The translations under genes were made by a program, and so were the position numbers. A DNA stretch of 60,049 bases, filler included. It is 10 parts of 10 records of this genome, joined end to end, with 100 filler letters (N's around TTAATTAATTAA, not from the genome) between each part and the next. Parts side by side here need not be neighbours in the genome. Positions count along the whole stretch, not along the records: positions 5,871 to 10,878 come from SRR31147125_284001; positions 10,979 to 16,184 come from SRR31147125_285320; positions 16,285 to 21,925 come from SRR31147125_285341; 7 more parts are not named here. One strand, 5' to 3'. Position 1 is the first letter of the stretch, and the number at the start of each line of letters is the position of its first letter. The notes under the pieces are model-generated. The model saw only the letters and a list, made by a program, of their open reading frames with translations. It ran no database searches and was not told the origin of the DNA. Shown in pieces: positions 9,322 through 19,790 of this stretch.

Positions 9322-10530
9322 ATGGCTGCAGATAAGGTCGAATATCCGGAAATTGTCGTCTCTCCCAAAGCCGAAAAGTCTCTCGCCCGAAGGCACCCCT
9401 GGATCTTTTCAGGTGCCGTGTTGCGGAACGATGCCGGGATAGCCGCCGGCCAAACGGTTGCCGTTTGCAATGCAAAGAAAAGACGGATCGCCCTGGGCGC
9501 CTGGTCGCCCCACTCGCAGATCCGCGTCCGGATATGGTCCCACCAGGTAGAGCAAAGTATCGATGCGGCCTTTTTTAAACACCGTATCGAAACGGCCGTA
9601 TCACTGCGCGCCAGGATGCAGCTCGTCTCACCCTGCACGGCGATGCGACTGATCAATGCCGAATCGGACGGACTTCCGGGTCTGATCGTAGACCGTTATG
9701 GCGACTATCTGGTCTGTCAACTCCTCGCCGTCGGGGTTGACCGCTGGCGCGAAGAGATCGTCGATCGGTTGAGAGATCTTCCAGGCGTTCGAGGCATCTA
9801 TGAACGATCGGACGCCGATGTGCGCACAAAGGAGAATCTGGAACAGCGCACCGGCCTGTTGTGGGGCCAGGCACCGCCCGATCGCATCGAGGTTTCCATG
9901 GGGAGCGTCCGCATGTGGGCCGATGTGGCTGCAGGCCATAAAACCGGCCTCTATCTGGATCAGCGTGAAAACCAGGCCACCGTGGCCCGCCTGGCCTCCG
10001 GGGCCGAAATGCTCAACTGTTTCAGCCATATCGGCGGTTTCGGTCTCTGGGCCATGCAGTCAGGGGCCAGGACGGTCACCCATATCGACGCATCGTCCGA
10101 CATTCTCGATCTTGCCCGCCAAACGGCATCGCTGAACGGTCTGGATGCGGCCCCCATCGAGTACATGGCCGCCAATGTGTTTGAAAAGCTCCGCGAATTC
10201 AGGGACCGCCGGCGCTTTTTTGATCTGATCGTGCTGGACCCGCCCAAATTTGTCGCTTCCATGGGACAGATGAAACGCGGTTGCAGGGGGTATAAAGACA
10301 TCAACCTGCTGGCCATGAAACTGTTGCGCCCGGGAGGCACCCTGGCAACATTTTCCTGTTCCGGACTGGTGGCTGCGCCTCTGTTTCAAAAAATTGTAGC
10401 CGATGCTGCGGTGGATGCCGGTCGTAAGGTACGCCTGATCCAACAGCTGCGACAGGCATCCGATCATCCGGTGGCCCTCAACTTTCCGGAGGGCGACTAT
10501 CTCAAAGGGTTGGTTTGTCTGGTCGAATAG
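9322..10530 (+). CDS. rlmI: 23S rRNA m5C1962 methyltransferase RlmI
   Basis: PUA domain (RRHPWIFSG), AESDGLPGLIVDRY, GHKTGLYLDQRENQ, LDPPKF, TFSCSG, DHP...EGDYLKG. Confidence 0.93.
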   Translation: MAADKVEYPEIVVSPKAEKSLARRHPWIFSGAVLRNDAGIAAGQTVAVCNAKKRRIALGAWSPHSQIRVRIWSHQVEQSIDAAFFKHRIETAVSLRARMQLVSPCTAMRLINAESDGLPGLIVDRYGDYLVCQLLAVGVDRWREEIVDRLRDLPGVRGIYERSDADVRTKENLEQRTGLLWGQAPPDRIEVSMGSVRMWADVAAGHKTGLYLDQRENQATVARLASGAEMLNCFSHIGGFGLWAMQSGARTVTHIDASSDILDLARQTASLNGLDAAPIEYMAANVFEKLREFRDRRRFFDLIVLDPPKFVASMGQMKRGCRGYKDINLLAMKLLRPGGTLATFSCSGLVAAPLFQKIVADAAVDAGRKVRLIQQLRQASDHPVALNFPEGDYLKGLVCLVE

Positions 10531-10563
10531 GCTTTGGGTAGGGTTTTGCCAAGGGGACTGGGT

Positions 10564-10593
10564 TTGACTTTACAATCTCAATTCAATTATATA
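10564..10593 (+). promoter_or_regulatory. Putative sigma70 promoter
   Basis: TTGACT followed after 17-18 nt by TTATAT/TATATA, about 40 nt upstream of ATG 10634. Confidence 0.45.
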
Positions 10594-10633
10594 GGGCTAA
10601 AAGCAACTTGAACCCCAGAGAAGTGGACGTTGC

Positions 10634-10878
10634 ATGAACCGCGACAAAGCATTTTTCGACACCCTGTTCAACCAGGAGACACTGGATCAAATGTTTCCCC
10701 CCGAGCGTGCCGATCAGTTTTTCGATGCACTGTTGGGTGATGCCGAAGAGGGTGCCTACGATATCCGCCTCGTTTTTAAAGGCGCACAGGAGGGTCGGCT
10801 AACCTTCGACATCGAGCTGCATCAACGCCAGGGCAAGTGTCTGGTCTGCAGTTTGACCTATGGATTGCCGACTGTTTT
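10634..10878 (+). CDS. Small hypothetical protein with CxxC motif, partial
   Basis: FFDALLGDAEEGAYDI and GKCLVCSLTYGLP; recalled as typical of sulfate reducers; truncated by the contig end. Confidence 0.7.
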
Positions 10879-10978
10879 NNNNNNNNNNNNNNNNNNNNNN
10901 NNNNNNNNNNNNNNNNNNNNNNTTAATTAATTAANNNNNNNNNNNNNNNNNNNNNNNNNNNNNNNNNNNNNNNNNNNN

Positions 10979-11792
10979 GAACTGGCGTCGTTTCTGAATT
11001 TCCTCTCGAATGGTTCCTTCTTCATTAAGAAGCAGGGCGTGTCGTCGTTCCAGGGCGTTGAGTTCACCCTGTGCGGAAGGACGATCAACACCACACACTG
11101 GGCGATCAGACAACACACATCCAAGAGAGATCGCTTCCGTCGAGAGTCTATTCGTTTCTCCCGGGATCTGGCAACAAGAAGCGGAAACTGTGTTGCTTCG
11201 CTTACAAAGACCTCGCTGCAATCGGAGTACAAGGGGACTTCCCTTAGGAACCGAACCCAAGCGATCGCACAACACGCACAATTCATTGTCCATTGTACGC
11301 TTGATTGAGTAGACTTCCACCTTGAGATCTTCGAGAAGCTTTGCGAGCGCATCCTGTATGAAAGATTAGTCCGTGTCGTAGTGGGGGACGGAATTCTACA
11401 ACACACTTTGTGACTCTTCGTACGGGACAACTCCACTGCCAGATTGTGCGCCCGTTCTTCGTGGTGTATCTTCTCTCTATGCTTCTGGTTATCTGTTGCC
11501 TTGTATTCGTCTCTCTACGCACCGAACGAACTCCCTAGCATCGTACTCCAGTTGTTTCTTGTTCTTTCTCCTACCGTTGATTGTTTCGATCGTTTGAGCC
11601 ATTGTCTATGGATACGGAGGCACCTGTTCAACAACTACTACTGCCACACACCCGTACACACACCTCCTTTTCTTTTCGTATAAGACCCTGAATTTCCACT
11701 TGGTCCTTTTGAAGGCTTTCCAAGGAAAGAAACAGAGTCTGGAGGGAGGAACCCTCCATGTCGGCCTCAATACCCCGTCGTCGCCTCGACAT
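10979..11792 (-). CDS. Eukaryotic coiled-coil protein, intron-containing, 3' partial
   Basis: Manual GT-AG splicing gives MSRRRRGIEADMEGSSLQTLFLSLESLQKDQVEIQGLIRKEKE...DALAKLLEDLKVEVY...GELNALERRHALLLNEEGTIREEIQKRRQF. Confidence 0.55.
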
Positions 11793-11841
11793 GGAAGGGA
11801 AAGAGAGAAAGGGAAGGATTCATTCCATGGAATGACTACAA

Positions 11842-13442
11842 TCAACTTCCACCCACACCCGCCCCAGACTCCCCCGGTGCATTGAATCCCAAACTGCTGC
11901 GAACACTGGCGCTTTGCGTGCTTCGCGTATCCATAGGTAGGTGCGTGGCACTCCGATCTGATAACAAGAATCAATGAATCAATCAGTCAATTAATCCATA
12001 CATACCTGTGGGAGTGAAGAACATGGAACCACGTGCGCGTTCTCGTGCGAGAGAAGCTCCACGATGGTGATCGACATGCTCCTTGAGGGTTGCCTTGGTC
12101 ACCTTACGCAAATCACTGTAGCGGGAGGTCTGTGTGTTTCTTATCCTTCTTCGTGTGCAGGATCCACGTACAGATCACCGAATTCAACTTCGAATGCATT
12201 CTTGTTGTAAATGTAGGCCAAAAATCCAATGGTGAACAACTGGAAGGCATACTGTGCACCCCAGCTTGCAAAGAGATCGAGGAGTGAGATGTGTTCTTCT
12301 GTAGTTACAATCTAGAAGGGTGTCGTGAGGTCCTCGAGCCCGCGTCGTACGTGTGCAGGTACAGACCCCTTCTGAATCCAGCATTACATTGACTTGCCCA
12401 ACAAACGGATCGCCCGCCGAGGATGCCACACCAAGATCGGGGAGGCTGGACGTGTGTCAAGTGTTCGTTCGTATCGATTCCAGCGGCCTACCTTGTGATC
12501 CGTTCCTTGAAAAGGTGCACCGTTGTTGTCTCATCTTCATCCCATGCCCATCGTGCAACCTTCTCCACGAACATATACTGCAGGACAATATCGGAGAACA
12601 CAGCCATCCCTTGTACATATCTCCAGTCAAGTGCAACTAGTCGTGTCACGTCGGAATCCGTTTCCAACATAACAAGGCGTAAGGTGCTCCGTAGAAGCGT
12701 CTCTTCCCACTCTGTTTGGTCGACACAGGTCGATCCGGTACATGGTACAACACGACAGCGTAGATATCTGCACAGATGTCTTACTGACGGTGTCACCCAC
12801 ACACCTCCACACACACCCACACACCCCTGACGTTCAGCCCCCAGACTGCCTGTGAGTCGAACTCGCTCGGAAAGACACAAAATATTATCCACAGATGTCC
12901 TCTCATCGGAAAGAGTGCACACATGCGATGTTAACGTAGTGGCGGGCGGTGTCTCTCCCCGTGTCATTTGTTCAAACATAACCTGAACGTACATCGTCGT
13001 GAGAATGCGTCCACGCTTCGAATTGAACCTGTGCACCGTAAAGAATGAGTCATTTTGGAATGGTTGCCCGTCCAGAAGAAGCTGAACGCCAAGTGCGTTG
13101 GGGGCGATCGTTATCGTGTCCTCTGAACCAAGGGCGGTGCGACGGCTTGCATGAAGCGGAGGAAGAACAACATAGTCCCTCGTTGTAATAACAATGTAGA
13201 CCACAAGAAGCGTCAGGGACACGAGGGTCAACGCGGCCCCAACACGAGATTTGTACACCTGCGACAACCCGTGAGCTGAGACACCCTTCCCCCGTGCACA
13301 TTACCTCAAAGGCATAGGATGGGGTGTATCCGAAGCGGTCGAGACGCCAGAGCTCGGAGATGCGTGACGTGCCGTTCTCCTCGCCCACGTCCTGGGAAGC
13401 GTGTTGTGACTCGGAGGATGATACACTCAAGCGACCCGCCAT
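11842..13442 (-). CDS. Eukaryotic two-TM protein with large Cys-containing loop (intron-containing)
   Basis: Spliced model: LDRFGYTPSYAFE|VYKSRVGAALTLVSLTLLVVYIVI (TM1), a long loop, SLLDLFASWGAQYAFQLFTIGFLAYIYNK (TM2), TGA at 11842-11844. Confidence 0.65.
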
Positions 13443-13505
13443 CCACCCTACCGAAAGGGGGGCCGGGGTGGGGGTGGGGGCGAGGGGAGGGAACAGAGAA
13501 GTTCA

Positions 13506-16184
13506 CTACGAGTTCTGTACATTGTACACGCAAGGAAAAGGTGGAGGAGTCGGTTCTTGATAGATGCTCACTTGAGATCCACAAAGCGACCTCTGTGTAT
13601 AAGGAATTCTGAGAATTCACTCTCTCCATTAACCCACCCCGACGGCATACCTCTTATGATGGGGCGTGGAAGGTTTGTCAAAATCTTCAAAATCATCCAA
13701 TTCTCGCAAGGCATCGTCCACATCGTCAACGGATGGAAGTGTTGTGGGTGCGACTTGCTGGGCCACCACAGATTGGGACAGGGGATGGGGATGGGCAGAG
13801 GGTGGAGTCGGTTCGTGGGGATGGGCGGGAGCCAGACCACGAAGGTGATGAAAAGATCGCGATACAGAACGAGGGACGGGCTCTGATAGAGCTGCTTGGG
13901 AGAGAAGAGGCCCATCCGATCCGTTTCCATCTGATAACCCTAGTCTCCGGAGAAGACGTCGCTGGAGATCCTCGTAGCCCCGATCAGCATCATCAGGGAA
14001 CTATGCACCCGAGAGAGTTAGGAGACGAATACGCCCAAGTCACGAACCGAGGCATGAAGAAGCGGTGGCATGCCAATTACAGCGGCGGCGGCCATGGAGA
14101 ATTCCATGGTGGAAACAGCTATGACTGCATCTTGTAGGATGGCCTATGCGAGTCCAAAGATATGAGGGAAAAGGAAGAATACACAGAAAGAAGTACCTTT
14201 TCACGAAACATCAGCCGTGCATGGGCTTCGGTGAGTCGCATTAAACTCTCCAGAAGTCGAACGGTTGTTCGTGCGGCGTTGCGCTGATCGGCTTGTCGTT
14301 GAAGTTGATAGTACCGCATGAGAACAGTTTCGGCCTCAGGTGAAAGACTCGGTGCGAATACTGACTTGACGTAGCACATATAAGCCTGAAGTTTGTCCAG
14401 AGACCACAAACCGTCCTCTCCACTGTCAGGGACCTGGCAGGAGGCATATCAACTCTCATTTCACCCCGATCACTCCGAATCCATTCCTCACAGTTCCTTG
14501 TCTCTCTTCCGCCTCTCGTAGCACAAAACTGGAAACTTCTCGATCCCACTCTTCATCTTGTGAATCCATAAGAATCAAAACCAAATCAAATCGTGACAAA
14601 AGTGGAGAGGCCAATGCAACATTCACGCTCAGGGTGCAGGATGGATCGTATTTGCCCTTTCCAAAGATGGGATGAGATTCCTTTCTCTCTTCCCAGAAGT
14701 GTCACACCTTGGGATTGCACGCCGCGAGGATCGTCGTCCGCGTGTTAAGTTTGCATACGAGTCCTGCCTTCGCTACACTCAGAGTCTGTTGTTCCATGGC
14801 CTTGAGTGGTGTGGAGGGCATCCTCTATCACATACACGTATGTACAGGGCCCCCATCACCCCACCTCACCTCGTGGATCGTGGCTCGGTCATGCTCCCGA
14901 ATACTGTCAAATTCATCAATGCAACATAGCCCTCCATCTGCGAGAACCAGTGCGCCCGCTTCGAGCATCCATTCACCACCACTGTCCTTCGTTGCCATAA
15001 CTGTCAGACCAGCACCCGTGGACCCCACGCCCGTTGTCACAACCGATCGTGGCGTGAGTTTTGCAGCAAACTTGACAGACATACACGGTTTAGTTGAGGA
15101 ATAAGGAATGAGGAACCGTACCTTCATGATTTGTGATTTGCCTGTACCGGGATCGCCCACAAGCAACAAATGAGATTCACCACGGATCTTCATGGCAGAG
15201 TCACTGACATGTTGTACTCCGCCTATTAGAGTCATCAAAGTGGCAAGTTTCACCTGGAGTGGTTGATGAGAAACGTTTCTCGTGCGTACACAGCGTACCA
15301 TGGAAAGACCACACAGCTGAGGACAGAAACTTCGCACAATTGCATCTCGTCCTGTTGTCGGATGTTCACAAAAAAGTAATGAGAGAGTTGAGAATTCCGA
15401 ACCTCGCAAGGGATGATCCCTGTGTTCCTCCCAGAACTGCACAAACTCCTTCTGAAGCTCCTCTGTTACATGAATAGCGGATTTCTGTTCGTTCTTGAGT
15501 TCAATATGGTTGGCCTGAAGACGAGATCGTTTGTTGGTGTTGGCGGGAGGCTAAGCACACCTTGATCAACATTTCAAGATCACATCGTGTATCTTTCGCT
15601 AACGATTTCCATCGTTTCAGAACAACTCCTGTCACAAGAACATCATCGCCTGCTTTGCATGTATCCACAAGATCGTCTTCAAGGAGTATGACGATCGAGC
15701 GTGGCATGGATCCCACTTTCAGGCGTTGCACTTGGTCTTGGATCTTGATCTCCTGGAAGTCGTGACAGTGTGGGGGAGCTAAGGGCCCCATGAATGCGTG
15801 CGCGACCACAGACAAAAAATGAAGCAAAACAAGACATACTGTCCACAGGACGGAAGCGTGTGGAGGGACATGGTTTGCCAGGGCGATCGGATGGACATTC
15901 TTGTGGAAGCTGCATGGTCTGTAAGCTATCCGTGGTATTCACATTGCCAAGAATACATACCGGAAAGGAGTTTCGGAGCTCAGGATCCGAGTGAATGACA
16001 AATGTATGGTGGCATTTGACTGACATGGACACATCACCTATCCCATGAGAATTCTTCCTGAATCTTCACCGTACCGCATTCAAATGTCTTCACGGCCTCC
16101 AACATCTTCACCATGGCCGTTCGGATCAAAGTACCTGACACCACAACAAGCCTCCCGATATCACTCGATCGAATAGAGGAAACC
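13506..16184 (-). CDS. MCM9: DNA helicase MCM9, 5' partial, many introns
   Basis: Zn-finger Cxx[28 protein letters not shown] (MCM9-type Walker A), [44 protein letters not shown]. One homopolymer frameshift near 13980; last exon and stop uncertain. Confidence 0.92.
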
Positions 16185-16327
16185 NNNNNNNNNNNNNNNN
16201 NNNNNNNNNNNNNNNNNNNNNNNNNNNNTTAATTAATTAANNNNNNNNNNNNNNNNNNNNNNNNNNNNNNNNNNNNNNNNNNNNACCTGTGCCGCGCCTG
16301 CGGCCAAGAGCTAGTGGCAAGCCAGGC

Positions 16328-16939
16328 TTAGCCAGTTAGCTCTTTATTTAACGCTGCCGCCAGAGCAAGGCGCTGGCTATTCACCTTACGATAAGCCGCC
16401 AGTTTAGGTGGGAGTTGTTGCTCAAATTTTACCGCCCAGTTGAGGGTGTGAGTGAGCAAAATATCCGCCACGGTAAACTGCTCAAACAGGGTGGGGGCGT
16501 CGGGCAGCAGGCTCTCCAACTCCTGGCAGATTTTGTCAAACTCCCACTGCGCCGTTTCAATCACCTGTGGTATGCGTTGCTCTTCTGGCAGTGCGAATCT
16601 GTGCTTGCCCATGGTCCATAGTGGCTGCTCTAACTCACACAAGATCAGGCTAACCCACTGATGGTGCTTGCCACGCTCTTCGGGCGAGGCGGGTAGCAAT
16701 TTACCTTCGCCATAGCGCTCAGCCAGATAGAGGCAGATTGCTCCCGATTCGGTTAACACAAGGTCTTTATCTTTAATGGCAGGGACTTTGCCAAAAGGGT
16801 TTAGCGCTAGAAATTCGGGCAGCTTGTGTTCGCCCTTAGCTAAATCTACTTTGTGATAATGCCAATCTAGGCCTAACTCCTCCAAACACCAACTTACGCG
16901 CAGTGAGCGAGTTCTTGGGGTACCAAATAGTGTGATCAT
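16328..16939 (-). CDS. Glutathione S-transferase family protein
   Basis: RSLRVSWCLEELG, LNPFGKVP, ESGAICLYL, FTVADI. True start is MITLFG at 16939; the longer ORF in the track is an artefact. Confidence 0.92.
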   Translation of the reverse strand: MITLFGTPRTRSLRVSWCLEELGLDWHYHKVDLAKGEHKLPEFLALNPFGKVPAIKDKDLVLTESGAICLYLAERYGEGKLLPASPEERGKHHQWVSLILCELEQPLWTMGKHRFALPEEQRIPQVIETAQWEFDKICQELESLLPDAPTLFEQFTVADILLTHTLNWAVKFEQQLPPKLAAYRKVNSQRLALAAALNKELTG

Positions 16940-17033
16940 CCTGATAGTCCATGTGAAAAATGACCCGCTGAGTATGACGCACAAAGAGAAGAGGAAAAAG
17001 GGGGATAATAAGGAGGAAATATACAGAGTGGCC

Positions 17034-17395
17034 CTATCTCTGTTTTTTGACGGCCTGATAGGCTGCAGCACCGGCGGATGTTTGCCGCAACGCAAGTATA
17101 CCTTGTTTTGCCAGCTCCCTCTGTGCTTGTGCTTGCTCCAGATTGGATTGGAGCAGGGATTTAAGACGCTCCAGAATGGGCTGAGCCTGAGCCAGCTCTG
17201 GTTCGGTAAGGCATCAAGCAAACCAGCCATCTGATGAGCAAACTCAGTCAGCTTTTGGGTCAAGCCATCCATAAGTGCGAGCTGCTGATTCAGTTGCTCC
17301 AGCTCCTGGCACTCGGCTAAGGCTTGATAGTTGGCCTGAACTTGTTGCTCCAGTTGGTCAAGCTGACTACTGGCTTCAGCCAGCAGCTTGACCAT
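17034..17395 (-). CDS. FliT-like helical flagellar protein (frameshift near 17207)
   Basis: Overlaps the fliS stop. Adding one base gives ...EPELAQAQPILERLKSLL...SAGAAAYQAVKKQR*, a FliT-like helical C-terminus. Confidence 0.6.
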
Positions 17396-17777
17396 GACGG
17401 TGCTCCTCTGGAATGCCGTCCCAACCCTCTTTCAATTCGCGCACTATGCCCGCGATCTCATCAATGTGGGACTTTTCCGATTGAATGTTGGCTATGATTA
17501 ACTTCTGGGTGCAGTAGTCATACAGCACATCCAGATTAGTCGCTATGGTGCCACCTTTTTCCATGTCCAGGCTGACCTTCAACACGTCGAGCAGGCGAAT
17601 GGCCTTACTGATGGACTCGCCTTTTTGCTTAACGTCATTGCGGTCAATAGCCGTCGAGGCGGCCACCAGGTTCCCCAGTATGTGCTGGAAAATGGCAGCA
17701 ACCTGAGCGTGAGGAGAGGCTTCCTTTAGTGAGGCCACGGTATTTTGGCGATACTGTTGGATTGAACGTTGAGCCAT
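17376..17777 (-). CDS. fliS: Flagellin export chaperone FliS
   Basis: ASPH, KGESISKA, SLDMEKGGTIATNLDVLYDY, LKEGW. Confidence 0.95.
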   Translation of the reverse strand: MAQRSIQQYRQNTVASLKEASPHAQVAAIFQHILGNLVAASTAIDRNDVKQKGESISKAIRLLDVLKVSLDMEKGGTIATNLDVLYDYCTQKLIIANIQSEKSHIDEIAGIVRELKEGWDGIPEEHRHGQAAG

Positions 17778-17892
17778 CGAATAATCACTTCTTCAAGTTA
17801 TGCTTTAGCTCCGGCAGACTTAGCTGCTGGGCCACTTTCAGGTCGACAGATGCGTCACGTTTCCGTCATCGACCTTGGTTTGCGCAAACTTC

Positions 17893-17908
17893 TGCAAAGA
17901 TTGTACCT
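17893..17908 (-). promoter_or_regulatory. Putative sigma54 promoter of fliS
   Basis: Minus strand AGGTACAATCTTTGCA fits GG-N10-GC with a TTGCA -12 element. Confidence 0.55.
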
Positions 17909-18103
17909 ATTTCGCAGATGGTTAATTATAGCGCAATTGAGCCATCAAAATTGTGGAACATTTGGCAGAAGTCGGTTTTCCGTCACACGCCAGCAAATCA
18001 AGGAGTTGCGAAGCGCTCCGCTTTGGTTAGAATAAGCCAGATTAGTCTGCTACAAAAGCGGGCTCTTTCCATATAAGCAAGGCAGCAAGGTAGTTATAGA
18101 GCA

Positions 18104-19558
18104 ATGCATGGTAATTCCGAAGTCCTGGTCATTGATGATCACAAAGAGAGACGCCAACAACTCGAAGGCTTGTTGGAGTTTATCGGAGAGCCCTGTAAGG
18201 CCGTCGACGCAGCACATGTGAATGACGCCCTTGCTGCTCAGGCTACTTGGCGCGCGATTCTTATCGGCCAGGTGGATGCCAGCTCGCAGGCTGCTCTCCT
18301 AAAAGAGCTTGCTCACGAGTACAAGGCACAGGCTTTCTTATTGGTGGGTGAAACCAATCACAAAGGCGCTTTCCCCTATCCAAATTTGATTGGGGCTATC
18401 GTAGAGCCGTTTAACTACTCCCAAATGACCTCCATGTTGCACCAGTGCCAGGATTACCAATTAAAGGCGCCTGTGCCCTCCAAACCGGTCAACCAACATC
18501 AGGAAGTGCTGTTTCGCAGCATGATTGGCCGCAGTGCTGGCATTCAGGAGGTTCGTCAATTAATTGAGCAGGTCGCCAATACCGATGCCAATGTGCTTGT
18601 GTTGGGAGACTCAGGGACAGGTAAAGAGGTGGTGGCGCGCAACATTCACTGGATGTCGGGTCGCAGAAGTGGACCTTTTGTACCGGTCAACTGTGGCGCG
18701 ATCCCCGGTGACTTGCTCGAAAGTGAACTCTTTGGCCATGAGAAAGGGGCTTTTACTGGCGCCGTTTCATCCCGAAAAGGGCGGTTTGAGTTGGCCAAAG
18801 GCGGCACCCTGTTTCTCGATGAAATTGGCGACATGCCTTTGAACATGCAGGTTAAGCTACTGCGAGTGCTGCAAGAGCGTTGCTTTGAACGTGTAGGTGG
18901 CTCTAGCCCCATTGAGGCCGATGTTCGCATTGTGGCGGCCACTCACCGTGACTTAGAGGTGATGATCGATAAAGGGGACTTCCGTGAAGATCTCTTCTAT
19001 CGCCTTAATGTATTCCCCATTGAAATGCCCTCTTTGCAAGAGCGTAGTCAAGATGTCCCTTTACTAATGCAGGAGCTGATCGAGCGCTTGCAGCAAGATC
19101 ATAAAGCCAAGATCCGGTTGACCGAACGTGCGTTGGAATCTCTGATGCAACACAGCTGGCCAGGTAATGTGCGTGAACTGGCTAATTTAGTGGAGCGTTT
19201 GGTGATCCTCTATCCAAACGGCATGGTCGATGTGAATGATCTTCCCGTGAAGTACCGTCACGTGGAAGCAGACGAGTATCAGCACGAGTATGATGAGTCT
19301 TTACTAGAGCAAGACATGCTCAATGAAGTGTTCCAGACCGAAGTGTATGAGCCACCCGAAAGCAGCATGTCAACTCAGCTGCCACCCGAAGGGGTCAACC
19401 TGAAAGAGATGATGACAGAGCTGGAGATCGACATGATCCGCCAGGCGCTGGAAACCACAGAGTGGGTCGTCTCTCGTGCCGCTGATTTACTAGGGATGCG
19501 CCGCACCACGCTGGTGGAGAAGATGCGTAAGTACTCCCTATCCCGTGACAGCGCTTAA
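18104..19558 (+). CDS. flrA: Sigma54-dependent flagellar master regulator FlrA/FleQ
   Basis: FleQ-type N-domain, [32 protein letters not shown]-terminal [15 protein letters not shown]; upstream of flrBC. Confidence 0.95.
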   Translation: MHGNSEVLVIDDHKERRQQLEGLLEFIGEPCKAVDAAHVNDALAAQATWRAILIGQVDASSQAALLKELAHEYKAQAFLLVGETNHKGAFPYPNLIGAIVEPFNYSQMTSMLHQCQDYQLKAPVPSKPVNQHQEVLFRSMIGRSAGIQEVRQLIEQVANTDANVLVLGDSGTGKEVVARNIHWMSGRRSGPFVPVNCGAIPGDLLESELFGHEKGAFTGAVSSRKGRFELAKGGTLFLDEIGDMPLNMQVKLLRVLQERCFERVGGSSPIEADVRIVAATHRDLEVMIDKGDFREDLFYRLNVFPIEMPSLQERSQDVPLLMQELIERLQQDHKAKIRLTERALESLMQHSWPGNVRELANLVERLVILYPNGMVDVNDLPVKYRHVEADEYQHEYDESLLEQDMLNEVFQTEVYEPPESSMSTQLPPEGVNLKEMMTELEIDMIRQALETTEWVVSRAADLLGMRRTTLVEKMRKYSLSRDSA

Positions 19559-19571
19559 CCTATAGCTAAGA

Positions 19572-19598
19572 ATAAGGAGTAAGCCCTTTACTCCTTAT
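19572..19598 (+). terminator. Stem-loop after flrA
   Basis: ATAAGGAGTAA-GCCCT-TTACTCCTTAT, 11-bp stem. Confidence 0.65.
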
Positions 19599-19623
19599 CT
19601 TCCTCCACGCACACTTCATTCGA

Positions 19624-19665
19624 TTTCCGCTTTCCGCTTTCCGCTTATCGCTTATCGCTTATCGC
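19624..19665. repeat. Heptamer tandem repeat (TTTCCGC)3(TTATCGC)3
   Basis: Read directly from the sequence. Confidence 0.9.
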
Positions 19666-19675
19666 TCACAGCCTT

Positions 19676-19753
19676 GTGTCATCCCGTTGACACCCATAAA
19701 TGGTCTTCAACATTTTGAAATATAAGGATTAAAAAATTGGCATGTTGGCTGCA
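19676..19753 (+). promoter_or_regulatory. Sigma54 promoter of flrBC with upstream activator palindrome
   Basis: GTGTCA-N6-TGACAC at 19676-19693 (resembles the FleQ/FlrA GTCA...TGAC box) and TGGCATGTTGGCTGCA (GG-N10-GC) at 19738-19753. Confidence 0.75.
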
Positions 19754-19790
19754 TTGAAGAGTCAGGTTCAATATTCTGACAGAGGTCTTC

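Noticed and set aside
3931..10530. Two RlmI-like genes as a duplication
   Set aside because: They are on different contigs from different organisms.
13443..13505. Spliced-leader trans-splicing acceptor (pyrimidine tract plus TAG just before ATG)
   Set aside because: Equivalent tracts before the PDI and coiled-coil starts have no AG, so the pattern is not general.
16328..17395. Apparent coiled-coil-GST fusion (355 aa)
   Set aside because: A one-base deletion near 17207 shifts the FliT-like gene off its stop at 17034; the 'linker' is translated intergenic DNA.
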